A stretch of DNA of 63,516 bases, counting the filler, from Lama guanicoe (taxonomy: Eukaryota): NCBI GenBank assembly GCA_013239625.1. It is 131 parts of 131 records of this genome, joined end to end, with 100 filler letters (N's around TTAATTAATTAA, not from the genome) between each part and the next. Parts side by side here need not be neighbours in the genome. Positions count along the whole stretch, not along the records: positions 26,172 to 26,557 come from PNXV01059112.1; positions 26,658 to 27,043 come from PNXV01059113.1; positions 27,144 to 27,529 come from PNXV01059114.1; positions 27,630 to 28,014 come from PNXV01059115.1; positions 28,115 to 28,499 come from PNXV01059116.1; positions 28,600 to 28,985 come from PNXV01059117.1; positions 29,086 to 29,471 come from PNXV01059118.1; positions 29,572 to 29,957 come from PNXV01059119.1; 123 more parts are not named here. One strand, written 5' to 3'. A program made the position numbers and the translations under genes. The notes under the pieces were generated by a model. It was given only the letters and a program-made list of their open reading frames with translations. It searched no databases and was not told the origin of the DNA. Positions 26,072 through 36,760 of this stretch are shown here, piece by piece (position 1 is the first letter of the stretch; every line of letters starts with the position of its first letter).

Positions 26072-26444
26072 NNNNNNNNNNNNNNNNNNNNNNNNNNNNN
26101 NNNNNNNNNNNNNNNTTAATTAATTAANNNNNNNNNNNNNNNNNNNNNNNNNNNNNNNNNNNNNNNNNNNNCCCCCCCCCAGATTCCACCCCCAGAGGAA
26201 GGCTGTGCTGGGGCCCCCGGGTCTCAGGAGAGGAGCCCCTTGAGGCTGGGGCCGGGGGTAGGACAAGCAGACCCCCAAGCTGGTCCCTCCGTCCTTCCTG
26301 GCCAGGACCAAGGGGCCTGAGGAGGACCCCAGGACCACCCAGCACTGGCCACTGTAAAGCTCGTGGGGCTGGGAGGGGGCGGAGGTGCGAGGCCCGGCCC
26401 TCGAACCTACTGTGCTCTTCCTGCAAAGTCCCCGAGGGAGGCAG

Positions 26445-26557
26445 CTGTGACTGTGCCACTGACCCAGCTACACGTCAGTCACTTTGCCTCTTGCTGCCTC
26501 AGTTTTCGCATCTTTAGAATGGGCGCCCCGTAACACCCACATCAGAGAGTTGCTGTG
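26445..26557 (+). mobile_element. MIR SINE core
   Basis: GTCACTTTGCCTC...GCCTCAGTTTTCGCATCTTTAGAATGGG. Confidence 0.65.
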
Positions 26558-26703
26558 NNNNNNNNNNNNNNNNNNNNNNNNNNNNNNNNNNNNNNNNNNN
26601 NTTAATTAATTAANNNNNNNNNNNNNNNNNNNNNNNNNNNNNNNNNNNNNNNNNNNNCTGGGCTGGGGGAAAGAAAGCTGAGTGTGGGAAAGTAAGGGAG
26701 CTA

Positions 26704-26772
26704 GAGCAAGGCTGCAGCTCAGGGGCAGAGCGGAAATCTAGCACGCAGAAGGTCCTAGGCTGGATTCTGGAG
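26704..26772 (+). mobile_element. Degenerate tRNA-Ala-like/Vic-1 SINE head
   Basis: GCAGCTCAGGGGCAGAGCG...TAGCACGCAGAAGGTCCTAGGCT; B box decayed. Confidence 0.45.
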
Positions 26773-27143
26773 CCAGCACACCTTGCCCGCTGCACCTGTC
26801 TGTGGACCCTCCGTGCCACCAAAGCCACTCTCCTTGGCACACACGCCCTGTACTTTCCTTCTACATTGAGAGAAAGGTTCCCCGATGGCTTTTACGATTT
26901 CGGCTTCACATTTAGCAACGACACATTTAGACTCTCCACTGGTATCCGTGTCCTCCTAAACTATCATTTGAGAGTAATACAAATACAGTGATTCTGGGCA
27001 AAGTGTAACGGACCATAACTTCTAAAAAATGTCATAATCACCCNNNNNNNNNNNNNNNNNNNNNNNNNNNNNNNNNNNNNNNNNNNNTTAATTAATTAAN
27101 NNNNNNNNNNNNNNNNNNNNNNNNNNNNNNNNNNNNNNNNNNN

Positions 27144-27280
27144 GGATGGATGGATGGATGGATGGATAGATTAATGAATAGGTGGATAGATGGATGGTTG
27201 AATGGGTAGATGGATGGATAGCTGGTTGGATAAATGGAAAACAGGTGGGTTTTTATATACAAAGATGATGGATGGATGAA
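27144..27280. repeat. (GGAT)n simple repeat, degenerate
   Basis: Direct observation. Confidence 0.9.
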
Positions 27281-27629
27281 AGTAAATTCAGTCACCATAG
27301 ATGGTAGGGAAAGCCAACAACTAAAGGTACACAGGTTGGAACGTCCACGGTATGTTTGGGAAACACTGAGTGAATCACTGTGACTGGGGCAGAGGGCTCA
27401 TGCCAGGGAGGAACAGAAAAAGAATAGACGCCCACATTCCCCATACTACAAGGACAAAGGGAGGCACTGGGGAGGGTGCTGTGCAGGCTGTGTGCTCGCT
27501 CGCTGCTGGGAAGGGAGGAGTTAACAGCANNNNNNNNNNNNNNNNNNNNNNNNNNNNNNNNNNNNNNNNNNNNTTAATTAATTAANNNNNNNNNNNNNNN
27601 NNNNNNNNNNNNNNNNNNNNNNNNNNNNN

Positions 27630-28000
27630 TTTTTTCAAGGAATACATACAAATGGCCCCAGGTACATGATCAGATCCTCAACATCACTAGTTATAATGGA
27701 AATGCAAATAAGCTATCACCTCACACCCATCAGAGTGGCTGTCATCAAGAAGACAAGAAAAGAGGAGTGTTGGCAAAGATGTAGCAATCTGGGAACACTT
27801 GTGCACGGTTGGTGGGAATTTAAATTGGTCTAGTCTCTGGAAAACAGTCTGGAGGTTCCTCAAAAAATTGATAAGATAATGCCATATGATCTATCAGTTC
27901 CACTCTGGGGTGTATATTCAAAGAAAATAAAAACAGGAGAAGAGATATGTACTCCATGTTTATTAATTATTCACAATAGCCCAGATATGGATTATACACA
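27630..28000 (+). mobile_element. LINE-1 ORF2 C-terminal fragment (older L1M)
   Basis: CTCAACATCACTAG...GGAAATGCAAAT, GTTGGTGGGAAT, GGAGGTTCCTCAAAAAATT, GCCATATGATC. Confidence 0.85.
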
Positions 28001-29571
28001 AAATACTTACAATTNNNNNNNNNNNNNNNNNNNNNNNNNNNNNNNNNNNNNNNNNNNNTTAATTAATTAANNNNNNNNNNNNNNNNNNNNNNNNNNNNNN
28101 NNNNNNNNNNNNNNACAGTCACCTCAGACAAACTGATGAGGACATCAAAAAGTAGAACAGTAAACCGAAAACTGCATTGTCCCCCTGGGTGTTAACTATC
28201 TCCTCTGGAGATATGAAAATTTTGTTGACCCACATATGAAGAAAATGTTTGAATGTCACCAAGAGAGGGGGACCAAGAGATCAGTCGTGGTCATGAAGTA
28301 ATATAATAGTTTGGTAGAATTTTTGAGGACATAGAGATCTTTGTGACAATCAGTGGCTTACTCAAAGGCCAAGAGCTCCTCAGAGCTCCTTGGAGCACAC
28401 TCAAGACAACAAGATTCTTAGTACAAAAATAACATTCCTGGTAAAGGAAGAGTTTTGTTCATTCAGTGAGTAACCAAAATTGTTACAGTGAAAAAAAAAN
28501 NNNNNNNNNNNNNNNNNNNNNNNNNNNNNNNNNNNNNNNNNNNTTAATTAATTAANNNNNNNNNNNNNNNNNNNNNNNNNNNNNNNNNNNNNNNNNNNNC
28601 CCGGCCCAGACTGCCAGGGGCACCCATGGGAGTCCCGCACCAGAGCCATGTGGCCATGTCTCCAAATCACAAGGCTCCACCTCCTCGGTCCAGCGCCACA
28701 GACCCTGAACAGCAAGATGAGCTGTAGTCGCCAGGCTCGCAGCCTGTCCACACATCTGCCCGTTCCTTCTCCCAGAGAGGGAGGCAGCTGCGAGAACACA
28801 GACCCCAGCCAGGTGACCGACACCCGGGGGCGCCCACACCGCCACGCCGGGCAGGGGTCTCGGCCCTGCAGGGGGTCCCTCTCAAACCTCCGCAATCACC
28901 AGGAGCCCATGCGTGGCCCGGGGAGGAGGGCCGCCGGGGGTCTGCGGAGACCACCAGCAGAGCCGCCAGCGCGGGCTGGGCTCAGNNNNNNNNNNNNNNN
29001 NNNNNNNNNNNNNNNNNNNNNNNNNNNNNTTAATTAATTAANNNNNNNNNNNNNNNNNNNNNNNNNNNNNNNNNNNNNNNNNNNNAAACATTTATTAAAT
29101 ATCTTGTTTCCCACCAAATACAGTTTTGAGTGATGCTAAGTCCTTTTTGCCCAGGAAAGATGAATCAGTTACAAAATATACTTCTGTTAACTATAAGAAC
29201 TAACCTGTTGAATAGTTAGTCTGGTCAACTTGAATTCCTGAACAACAGCTGACAAAAAATCGTGATTCTAATTTGGCACAGTTGATATGAAGTTTCACTT
29301 TCTGACGGTAATTAGCCACTAAATTTAGTTAGTTCTTACTCTTAGTCCTGAATAGGAATAAAGCCATGCTAGAAGAGAATAGAGGATTTGTAGTCTCCCT
29401 GTTTGCTAAGGCAGGAACTCAGTTTATCTGGGTGATAGTCACATAAGTGACTAAGAGATGCCAGGACATGANNNNNNNNNNNNNNNNNNNNNNNNNNNNN
29501 NNNNNNNNNNNNNNNTTAATTAATTAANNNNNNNNNNNNNNNNNNNNNNNNNNNNNNNNNNNNNNNNNNNN

Positions 29572-29715
29572 GGGGGGAAGATACAGCTCAGAGGAATAGT
29601 GTGTGCTGAGCATGCGCAAGGTCCTGGGTTCAACCCCCCAGTACCTCTATTAGAATAAATAAATAAGTAAACCTAATCACCTTCCTCCCCAACTCCCCCC
29701 AAAAAAGAAAACAGA
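29572..29715 (+). mobile_element. Vic-1-like camelid SINE (tRNA-Ala-derived), near full length
   Basis: G-rich start, A-box-like AGCTCAGAGG, B box GGTTCAACCCC (29627-29637), CAGTACCTC, (AATA)n, AAACCTAATCACC, C-run and A-rich tail. Confidence 0.85.
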
Positions 29716-29789
29716 AAACATTTTAAAAAAGAAGTACTGACACAAAGGCTGGGAATCAGGCAAATAGAACAAAGAATCTACAACTACAC

Positions 29790-29957
29790 TACCCCATATG
29801 GTAGTGACTAAGCACACATGGCTATTTAAATTTGAATAGGTTAAAATCAGTTAAAATTAAAAATTCAGTCCTTAGCACTAGCCACATTTCTAGATCTCAG
29901 GAGCCTCAAGTAGCTAACAACTACTGAATTGAACAATACATACATGAACTTTTCCAT
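29790..29957. mobile_element. MER3/MER33 (hAT-Charlie) fragment
   Basis: CACATGGCTATTTAAATTT...TAAAAATTCAGT...CACTAGCCACATTTC. Confidence 0.75.
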
Positions 29958-30057
29958 NNNNNNNNNNNNNNNNNNNNNNNNNNNNNNNNNNNNNNNNNNN
30001 NTTAATTAATTAANNNNNNNNNNNNNNNNNNNNNNNNNNNNNNNNNNNNNNNNNNNN

Positions 30058-30318
30058 AAGATTACTGCTAATCACAAAAATAGACATCTCAAGTTAATGA
30101 TTTTAGCGCTTTTCTATGTATGGGAAGATGCAAGAGTCTGAGCTCATTGAACTTATTCCTTTGATGTGCATCTTAACCATCTAGGGCCAGTGTCCTGTGT
30201 TTCTTGCTCCTGAATTTCCCTCAGGGGGAACCATCAGGGGGCTGCAGTGACTGATGGCTTGATGGTGGGCAACATCCATTCTTTATTGAAATGTCAGGCG
30301 ACTTTTTTTTTGTCTACA
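30058..30318 (-). mobile_element. ERV1 LTR (same family as 17153-17345)
   Basis: AGACATCTCAAGTTAATGATTTTAG...GGGAAGATGCAAGAGTCTG...CTGATGGCTTGATGG, ending in CA. Confidence 0.75.
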
Positions 30319-30681
30319 CAAATATCCCACATCCAGCTGTAAGTCAGGATAGCAGAGATAGTATAGATTGTGGTGTACTTCATCCAGCAAAATCTCAGTG
30401 GCTTTCGTCAACAATGGTTTATATTTTACTTATGCAGCATTTTNNNNNNNNNNNNNNNNNNNNNNNNNNNNNNNNNNNNNNNNNNNNTTAATTAATTAAN
30501 NNNNNNNNNNNNNNNNNNNNNNNNNNNNNNNNNNNNNNNNNNNGAGAAGGCAGCTGCAGCCCCCTCTCTGGAGGACAGGCAGCTGGGCCAGCTTCCGGTG
30601 GGTGAGTGGCTGCACCCCGCGGCGGGCCTTTCCAGGGGTCAGGGGTCAGGCCAGAGGACCATGACTCACCATGTGTGTGAG

Positions 30682-30793
30682 CAGGGGTGGCAGCTGCCAG
30701 CAAAATGCAGGATGCCCGGCTACATTTGAATTTCAGATAAAGAACAAGTCATTTTCTTAGTATAAGTGTGTCCCCAATATTTCACGGGACATG
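30682..30793. mobile_element. MER53 (hAT) left half
   Basis: CAGGATGCCC...ATTTGAATTTCAGATAAA...TAGTATAAGTGTGTCCC.AATATT...GGGACAT. Confidence 0.8.
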
Positions 30794-30929
30794 CAGGCTC
30801 ACCTCGTTTTACCGCGCTAAATGGACTGAACTTCACAGTTATTTCATTTTTGAAACTTGAAGGTTTGCAGCAAGCCTGAGTCGGGCAGTCTGTCAGCGCT
30901 GTTTTCCCAACAGCATTTGCTCGCCTCTG
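30794..30929 (+). mobile_element. Tigger1 5' terminus inserted into MER53
   Basis: CAGGCTCACCTCGTTTTA (TIR-like)...TTGAAGGTTTG...TTTCCCAACAGCATTTGCTC. Confidence 0.8.
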
Positions 30930-31089
30930 NNNNNNNNNNNNNNNNNNNNNNNNNNNNNNNNNNNNNNNNNNNNTTAATTAATTAANNNNNNNNNNNNNNN
31001 NNNNNNNNNNNNNNNNNNNNNNNNNNNNNAGATTACACTCTACCAAGTGGGCTAACGTAAGTACAGAGAAAGCTGTTTTTAAAACTGAT

Positions 31090-31326
31090 GATAACAATAA
31101 CATCAACCAACATTTATTGGGACCTGCTCCAAGCCAGGCAGTGTTCTACATTCTTTACATGCTTATTTAATCCTTACAACAACGCCTTGAGAGGTGTTAT
31201 TATGATCTCCTCATTGAGAGAGATAGAAAGGTTGAATAACTTTCCCATGTCAAACAGCCTAGGTAACAGAGCTAGGTAGGAGTCAAGCCAGACAGTTGAG
31301 CTCCAGAAATCCTGATCTTACTATTC
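31090..31326 (-). mobile_element. MIR SINE
   Basis: AACATTTATTG...CCAGGCA...TTTAATCCTTACAACAAC...AGGTTGAATAACTTTCCCA. Confidence 0.75.
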
Positions 31327-31516
31327 TGAGTTTCAAATTCTGTGAGTGAGATACAAATGAAATCCAACAAGTATTTAAAAGAGAGTTCTGTAAAGAACTT
31401 CTTCAAAAAAAAAAANNNNNNNNNNNNNNNNNNNNNNNNNNNNNNNNNNNNNNNNNNNNTTAATTAATTAANNNNNNNNNNNNNNNNNNNNNNNNNNNNN
31501 NNNNNNNNNNNNNNNA

Positions 31517-31900
31517 CATGACAACTCTGAACTACATGGTGACTTAAAGGAACTACCTTCCAATGTGACAAATAATATATTTGATTCTGAAGAAAAAGTT
31601 GCACCTGGAGCCTCCGTCTCTGTAGGATCCCAGGCGCTCCCTCCACAAGAAGAGCCCAGTCTTGAAAGTGTTTTTCCATCTTACTTCAAGTCTGAGTCAA
31701 GAAAGTATGGCTGCCAGTCATCTCCAAAACTTTCTTTAAATGAAAATAAGTTAAATGAAAATGATAAACCAGACACTGAACATGTTTTTAACAAAAATGA
31801 GGAGGGTTTTTATAATGATAGAGAAAATGAAGTAAGGGATCGAGTTCCATTTAAAGTGAAAGAAGACCAAGAATTTGATACAAAAAGAAAACAAAAAAGG
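31517..31900 (+). CDS. CCDC144A/ANKRD26-family large exon fragment, partial at both ends
   Basis: 128 open codons across the whole contig. EPSL...CQSS.KL.L.ENKL...DKP..EH.F...F.ND...KEDQEFD is collinear with the recalled CCDC144A/ANKRD26-like central exon. Confidence 0.75.
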
Positions 31901-32001
31901 ANNNNNNNNNNNNNNNNNNNNNNNNNNNNNNNNNNNNNNNNNNNNTTAATTAATTAANNNNNNNNNNNNNNNNNNNNNNNNNNNNNNNNNNNNNNNNNNN
32001 N

Positions 32002-32148
32002 AATGGGAGAAAACATTTGCAAACAATGTGACTGACAAAGGTTCAATTTCCAGAATATATAAATAGCTCATACAACATCATGTATCTTATATATAATGAA
32101 AAAGAATATGAAAACAATATATGTATTATGCTGTACACCAGAAATTGC
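32002..32148 (+). mobile_element. LINE-1 ORF2 piece joined directly to an L1 3' UTR piece
   Basis: AATGGGAGAAAACATTTGCAAAC...CTCATACAAC (compare 35404) followed by TATAATGAAAAAGAATATG...GCTGTACACCAGAAATTG (compare 16670-16745). Confidence 0.7.
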
Positions 32149-32222
32149 TCTCATTTTTGCCTGTCTACAATTAGGGGTCTCTACAGTCACCCTCAGGTTG
32201 ATAATTCACTATAATAAATCAA

Positions 32223-32387
32223 TGTTATGGACTGAATGTTTGTGTCCCTTGCAAATTCATCTGTTGAAATCCTAACCCCCAAGTGTGATGGCATTAGGAG
32301 GTGGGGCCTCTGGGAAGTAGTTAAGTCATGGAATGCAGATGTCATGAATGGGACAAGTGTCCTTATAAAAGAGCCTCCAGAGAGCTC
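32223..32387 (+). mobile_element. MLT1A-like MaLR LTR 5' portion
   Basis: TGTTATGGACTGAATGTTTGTGTCCC...AATTCAT.TGTTGAAATCCTAACCCCCAA.TGTGATGG.ATTAGGAGGTGGGGCCT. Confidence 0.88.
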
Positions 32388-33568
32388 NNNNNNNNNNNNN
32401 NNNNNNNNNNNNNNNNNNNNNNNNNNNNNNNTTAATTAATTAANNNNNNNNNNNNNNNNNNNNNNNNNNNNNNNNNNNNNNNNNNNNCTTGTTCTGCAAC
32501 TCATCCTTATTCTGTAATTGCATGAGTCTTCTATCAGTTCTAAAATATTCTGTGCTCCCTTCTGGACCTTCTCATAGCTAGCCCTTCATACTATGGTGTC
32601 CCCTTTCCCTTTTCCCGGCTAACTCTATTCATCCATCAGCTGGGTCAGCTCACATTTCCCTCAGATGAGCTTGGATCCTCTTACCAAATCTACTCATAGC
32701 GTAATTACCTTTTCCTCAAACCATTGATGACAACTGAAATTCATTGCACAAGTATCTGTGAAATATTTGTTTTTCTTCTTAGACTCTAAGCTAAGCGAGG
32801 GCAATGATATTGTCATTCTAGCACGCCCAAGGAATCAAATACACAGATATCACTTGTTGAATTACTGAATGAGNNNNNNNNNNNNNNNNNNNNNNNNNNN
32901 NNNNNNNNNNNNNNNNNTTAATTAATTAANNNNNNNNNNNNNNNNNNNNNNNNNNNNNNNNNNNNNNNNNNNNCCCCCCTCCCCACCCCGTAACTAAGAA
33001 AAATTATTGTAGACATGTCCCAGAATATTAAATCAATTAAAGCTCATCTGAAGTATGAAAGTAAGTTTAACTTTGAAGAGCGAAAATAGTAAAAGAAATT
33101 TAAAACAGCGTATTTTTCCATATATATATTTAGCTTCTTGATTGCATATGAATGGAAGGCTGAGAAAATTTGGGAATTCCCATATCCAATCAAAGTCAAC
33201 AAAGTTTTTGAGCAGAAGCAGGTCTTAAATATAATTCTGGCCAAGAAAGCAAAATCGAATTCATTGTATTAAAAACTGTGTGAATATAGACGGTTAACAA
33301 AGGGAAGACAATGTGTGAAGCTTAGAGCTAAGTGAACTAAGTAGGGAAAGCCAGAAGAANNNNNNNNNNNNNNNNNNNNNNNNNNNNNNNNNNNNNNNNN
33401 NNNTTAATTAATTAANNNNNNNNNNNNNNNNNNNNNNNNNNNNNNNNNNNNNNNNNNNNGATTTTGAACACTCACTTTTAAAAGGGAATGAAGTAAAGAA
33501 ATTCCCTTGAGAGTTGTCAGAGGAAATTTTGGATGACTCATGGGGCACTGATAAAAGAAAATTTCACA

Positions 33569-33845
33569 TGTTGACATATAGGGAAATCATTCGGCCTACA
33601 CATGAATTAAATTGATTCTTATGCTAACTAAAACAGGCTATTTGTTGCCTACCAAACATACATGGTATATCTGCTTTAATGTTAAGAAAAGGACTCCCTG
33701 ACCAGAAATTAAGAATATCCATGTTAAAAACAAAGATTAAATGCCTGTCTTCCGGGGACACCATTGTTAGTACTCCCATGATGATAAGACTCCCGTCTCA
33801 GGTGCCAAGGCCATGCTGACTCGCTGTATACGTACTGATCTGCAC
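33569..33845 (+). mobile_element. Probable ERV LTR U3 region (family unassigned)
   Basis: TGTTG start and LTR-like composition; resemblance only. Confidence 0.35.
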
Positions 33846-34509
33846 NNNNNNNNNNNNNNNNNNNNNNNNNNNNNNNNNNNNNNNNNNNNTTAATTAATTA
33901 ANNNNNNNNNNNNNNNNNNNNNNNNNNNNNNNNNNNNNNNNNNNNGTTAAGTCCAGATAGTCATGGAATGATTGGTTCTAGAAAATTAGTTTCTTTGCTC
34001 ACCTACAACTGTCATGATCTCCAGTCCTCTCAATTTCTACAAAATGGAATTAATGAAATTGAATTTTATATTATTTTCTTAGATTGTTGTTATTTTAAAC
34101 AAAGAGTAAGAAGGTTTACTCCAGCCTTGTACAGTTGAAACACCTGGCTTACCTGGTACCTGATTTCTTGGGTTTAACCTCATTTCTACCTGAAATCCAT
34201 ATTTTGCTTACTAGCTTTGACCTTAAGTGAATTCTATAGATTGACTTAATTTTTCCTCTTCCTCTTGCTCACCTTATTTCTCACCTTGAATCTGACTAAT
34301 TGAGATTTGATCTACATGTTAAACTGACCCANNNNNNNNNNNNNNNNNNNNNNNNNNNNNNNNNNNNNNNNNNNNTTAATTAATTAANNNNNNNNNNNNN
34401 NNNNNNNNNNNNNNNNNNNNNNNNNNNNNNNCAGTTTCCCCTGCCCTGAAAATGTGCAATCAGGAGTCACTCTTCTCACACTGTCTGTGGCTTTCTCTCT
34501 CCCAGGCTT

Positions 34510-34635
34510 ACAATTCTTCATGGTTAGATCTAGGTTATATACTTTTGGCAAAAATACTAGATGAATCATATTGTGTCTTTCTCAGTGCATTACATCAGGA
34601 GGCACATGGTTTGTTTTTGTCCCACTCAGTGACAT
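34510..34635 (-). mobile_element. L1MC4/5-like 3' fragment
   Basis: TTAGATCTAGGTTATATACTTTTGGCAAAAATACT...CATCAGGAGGCACATG. Confidence 0.6.
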
Positions 34636-35403
34636 TGTAAAAGGCATTATTTTGATCAAAAGTGTGGAGTTGAGAAATTCTGGTGAAGGAAGTATTGCCA
34701 AACTGGGTTAACTGAAGTGAAGCAGCAGGAAGACCTTGGACAGGCTCTCCTGTGTGCTCTGCAGCCGAACTTAAAAAAGTTTTCTGTGGACTCTAGCAGC
34801 AATGAAACTTTGTCTTCNNNNNNNNNNNNNNNNNNNNNNNNNNNNNNNNNNNNNNNNNNNNTTAATTAATTAANNNNNNNNNNNNNNNNNNNNNNNNNNN
34901 NNNNNNNNNNNNNNNNNTAGTTGCATTTGGTTTACAAATAAATGAAGGATGACAGCTCTGGACACTCTACAGTAGCAGGTGAAGCTTCTGAGCAGCATCT
35001 TTCAGTGTGTGCAAGTTAACAAGTGCTCGTGGCCATTCACACCAACACACTCTGCTTTTCTCTCTTCAAGAGAAGCTGTGCTTCAACTTGTCAGCACCTC
35101 TTATTTATCATGAACAAATAGAATAGCTGAGCCCATACAAACACCAAGAACCCCTCAAATATTTTCAGTTCATGGTGGACTTCGGCAGAATAAAAGATTT
35201 TATGGATTGACTATCTCCATGGGTTTAGGAAACCCATATCTAAGTAAACAAGAATCATCAAGATAAATGGCTAAATGACCCCAGTTAAGGACGTATCTGC
35301 ATTNNNNNNNNNNNNNNNNNNNNNNNNNNNNNNNNNNNNNNNNNNNNTTAATTAATTAANNNNNNNNNNNNNNNNNNNNNNNNNNNNNNNNNNNNNNNNN
35401 NNN

Positions 35404-35789
35404 AATGGGAGAAAATATTTGCAAACGATGCGACTGACAAGGGACTCATTTCCAAAATATACAAACAGCTCATACAATTTAATATTAAAAAAACAAGCAA
35501 CACAATCAAAAAATGGACAGAACCTAAATAGACATCTCTCCAAAGACGACATCCAGATGGCCAGCAAGCACGTGAAAAGATGCTCAACATCAGTAATTGT
35601 TAGAGACATGCAAATCAAAACTGCAATAAGATACCACCTCTCACCAGCCGGAATGGCCATCATTAAAAAGCTACAAACGATAAATGCTGGAGAGGGTTTG
35701 GAGAAAAAGCCCTCCTACACTGTTGGCGGGAATGTAAATTGATGCAGTCACTACAGAGGACATTATGGAGCTTCCTAAAAAAAAAAAAA
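35404..35789 (+). mobile_element. LINE-1 ORF2 C-terminal fragment, frameshifted
   Basis: [21 protein letters not shown] then [36 protein letters not shown] in a different frame. Confidence 0.95.
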
Positions 35790-36376
35790 NNNNNNNNNNN
35801 NNNNNNNNNNNNNNNNNNNNNNNNNNNNNNNNNTTAATTAATTAANNNNNNNNNNNNNNNNNNNNNNNNNNNNNNNNNNNNNNNNNNNNCTCCAGAGGGG
35901 CTGTGCTAGGAAGCACACAGTGTGCACTATGTGGTGCCCTTGGCAGAAGGCTAGGCCCGAGTTTAATCATGAGGAAGGGTCAGACAACTGCAGAATGTAG
36001 ACTTCTGAGCCAGACAACTGACCTGTCCTCTGCAAACAAGTCAATGTCACCACCATTAAAGACAAACACAGTAAGGTGAGGAGAGGTTTTGGGCTCAAAA
36101 GAACTAAAGAAATATAGTAGCACAATCTCTTTAGTTCTTTGGAACCCAAAATAACTCTTCTCCTTTCTGTCATCCCGTTTGTGGAGGCATTGGCAGTTTG
36201 AAAAAGACAGGCCAGTTGTCCTGTTCAATGGTCTAGATTCTACAGTTGTCTGATAACTTCCTTGTGATGAAACTCNNNNNNNNNNNNNNNNNNNNNNNNN
36301 NNNNNNNNNNNNNNNNNNNTTAATTAATTAANNNNNNNNNNNNNNNNNNNNNNNNNNNNNNNNNNNNNNNNNNNNG

Positions 36377-36760
36377 CCCCTGAGATACACAGTCCTCATG
36401 AACCCCAAGGTCTGTCTCCAGATGGCTGCTGCAGCCTGGATTGGGGGAGCCCTTGCAGCCCTTGTACATACCGTCTACCCAATGAACTTCCCTATCTGTG
36501 GTTCCAGGGAGATTAATAATTACTTTTGTGAGATGCCTGCCATCTTGAGAATGTCTTGTACTGACACATCAGTCTATGAGATGGTGATATTTGTGTCAAC
36601 CATTGTATTTCTCCTGGTCCCATTTAGTCTCATCCTCACCTCCTACACACTCATCTTCCTCACAGTTCTCCAGATGAACTCTCGCAAAGGCAGGAACAAA
36701 GCGCTGGCCACCTGCTCCTCCCACCTGACAGTGGTAAGTCTCTACTTTGGTCAGGCCATC
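36377..36760 (+). CDS. Class II olfactory receptor fragment (probably family 2), IL2 to TM6, partial at both ends
   Basis: 128 open codons: PLRYTVLMN, CGSREINNYFCEMPAILRMSC.DT, SY at end of TM5, KALATCSSHLTVV. Confidence 0.95.

Noticed and set aside
28548..29037. Multiple overlapping 95-129 aa ORFs (also at 16046, 26124, 61806, 62104)
   Set aside because: GC-rich sequence is depleted of stops, no protein motif is recognisable, and several lengths are inflated by N-runs.
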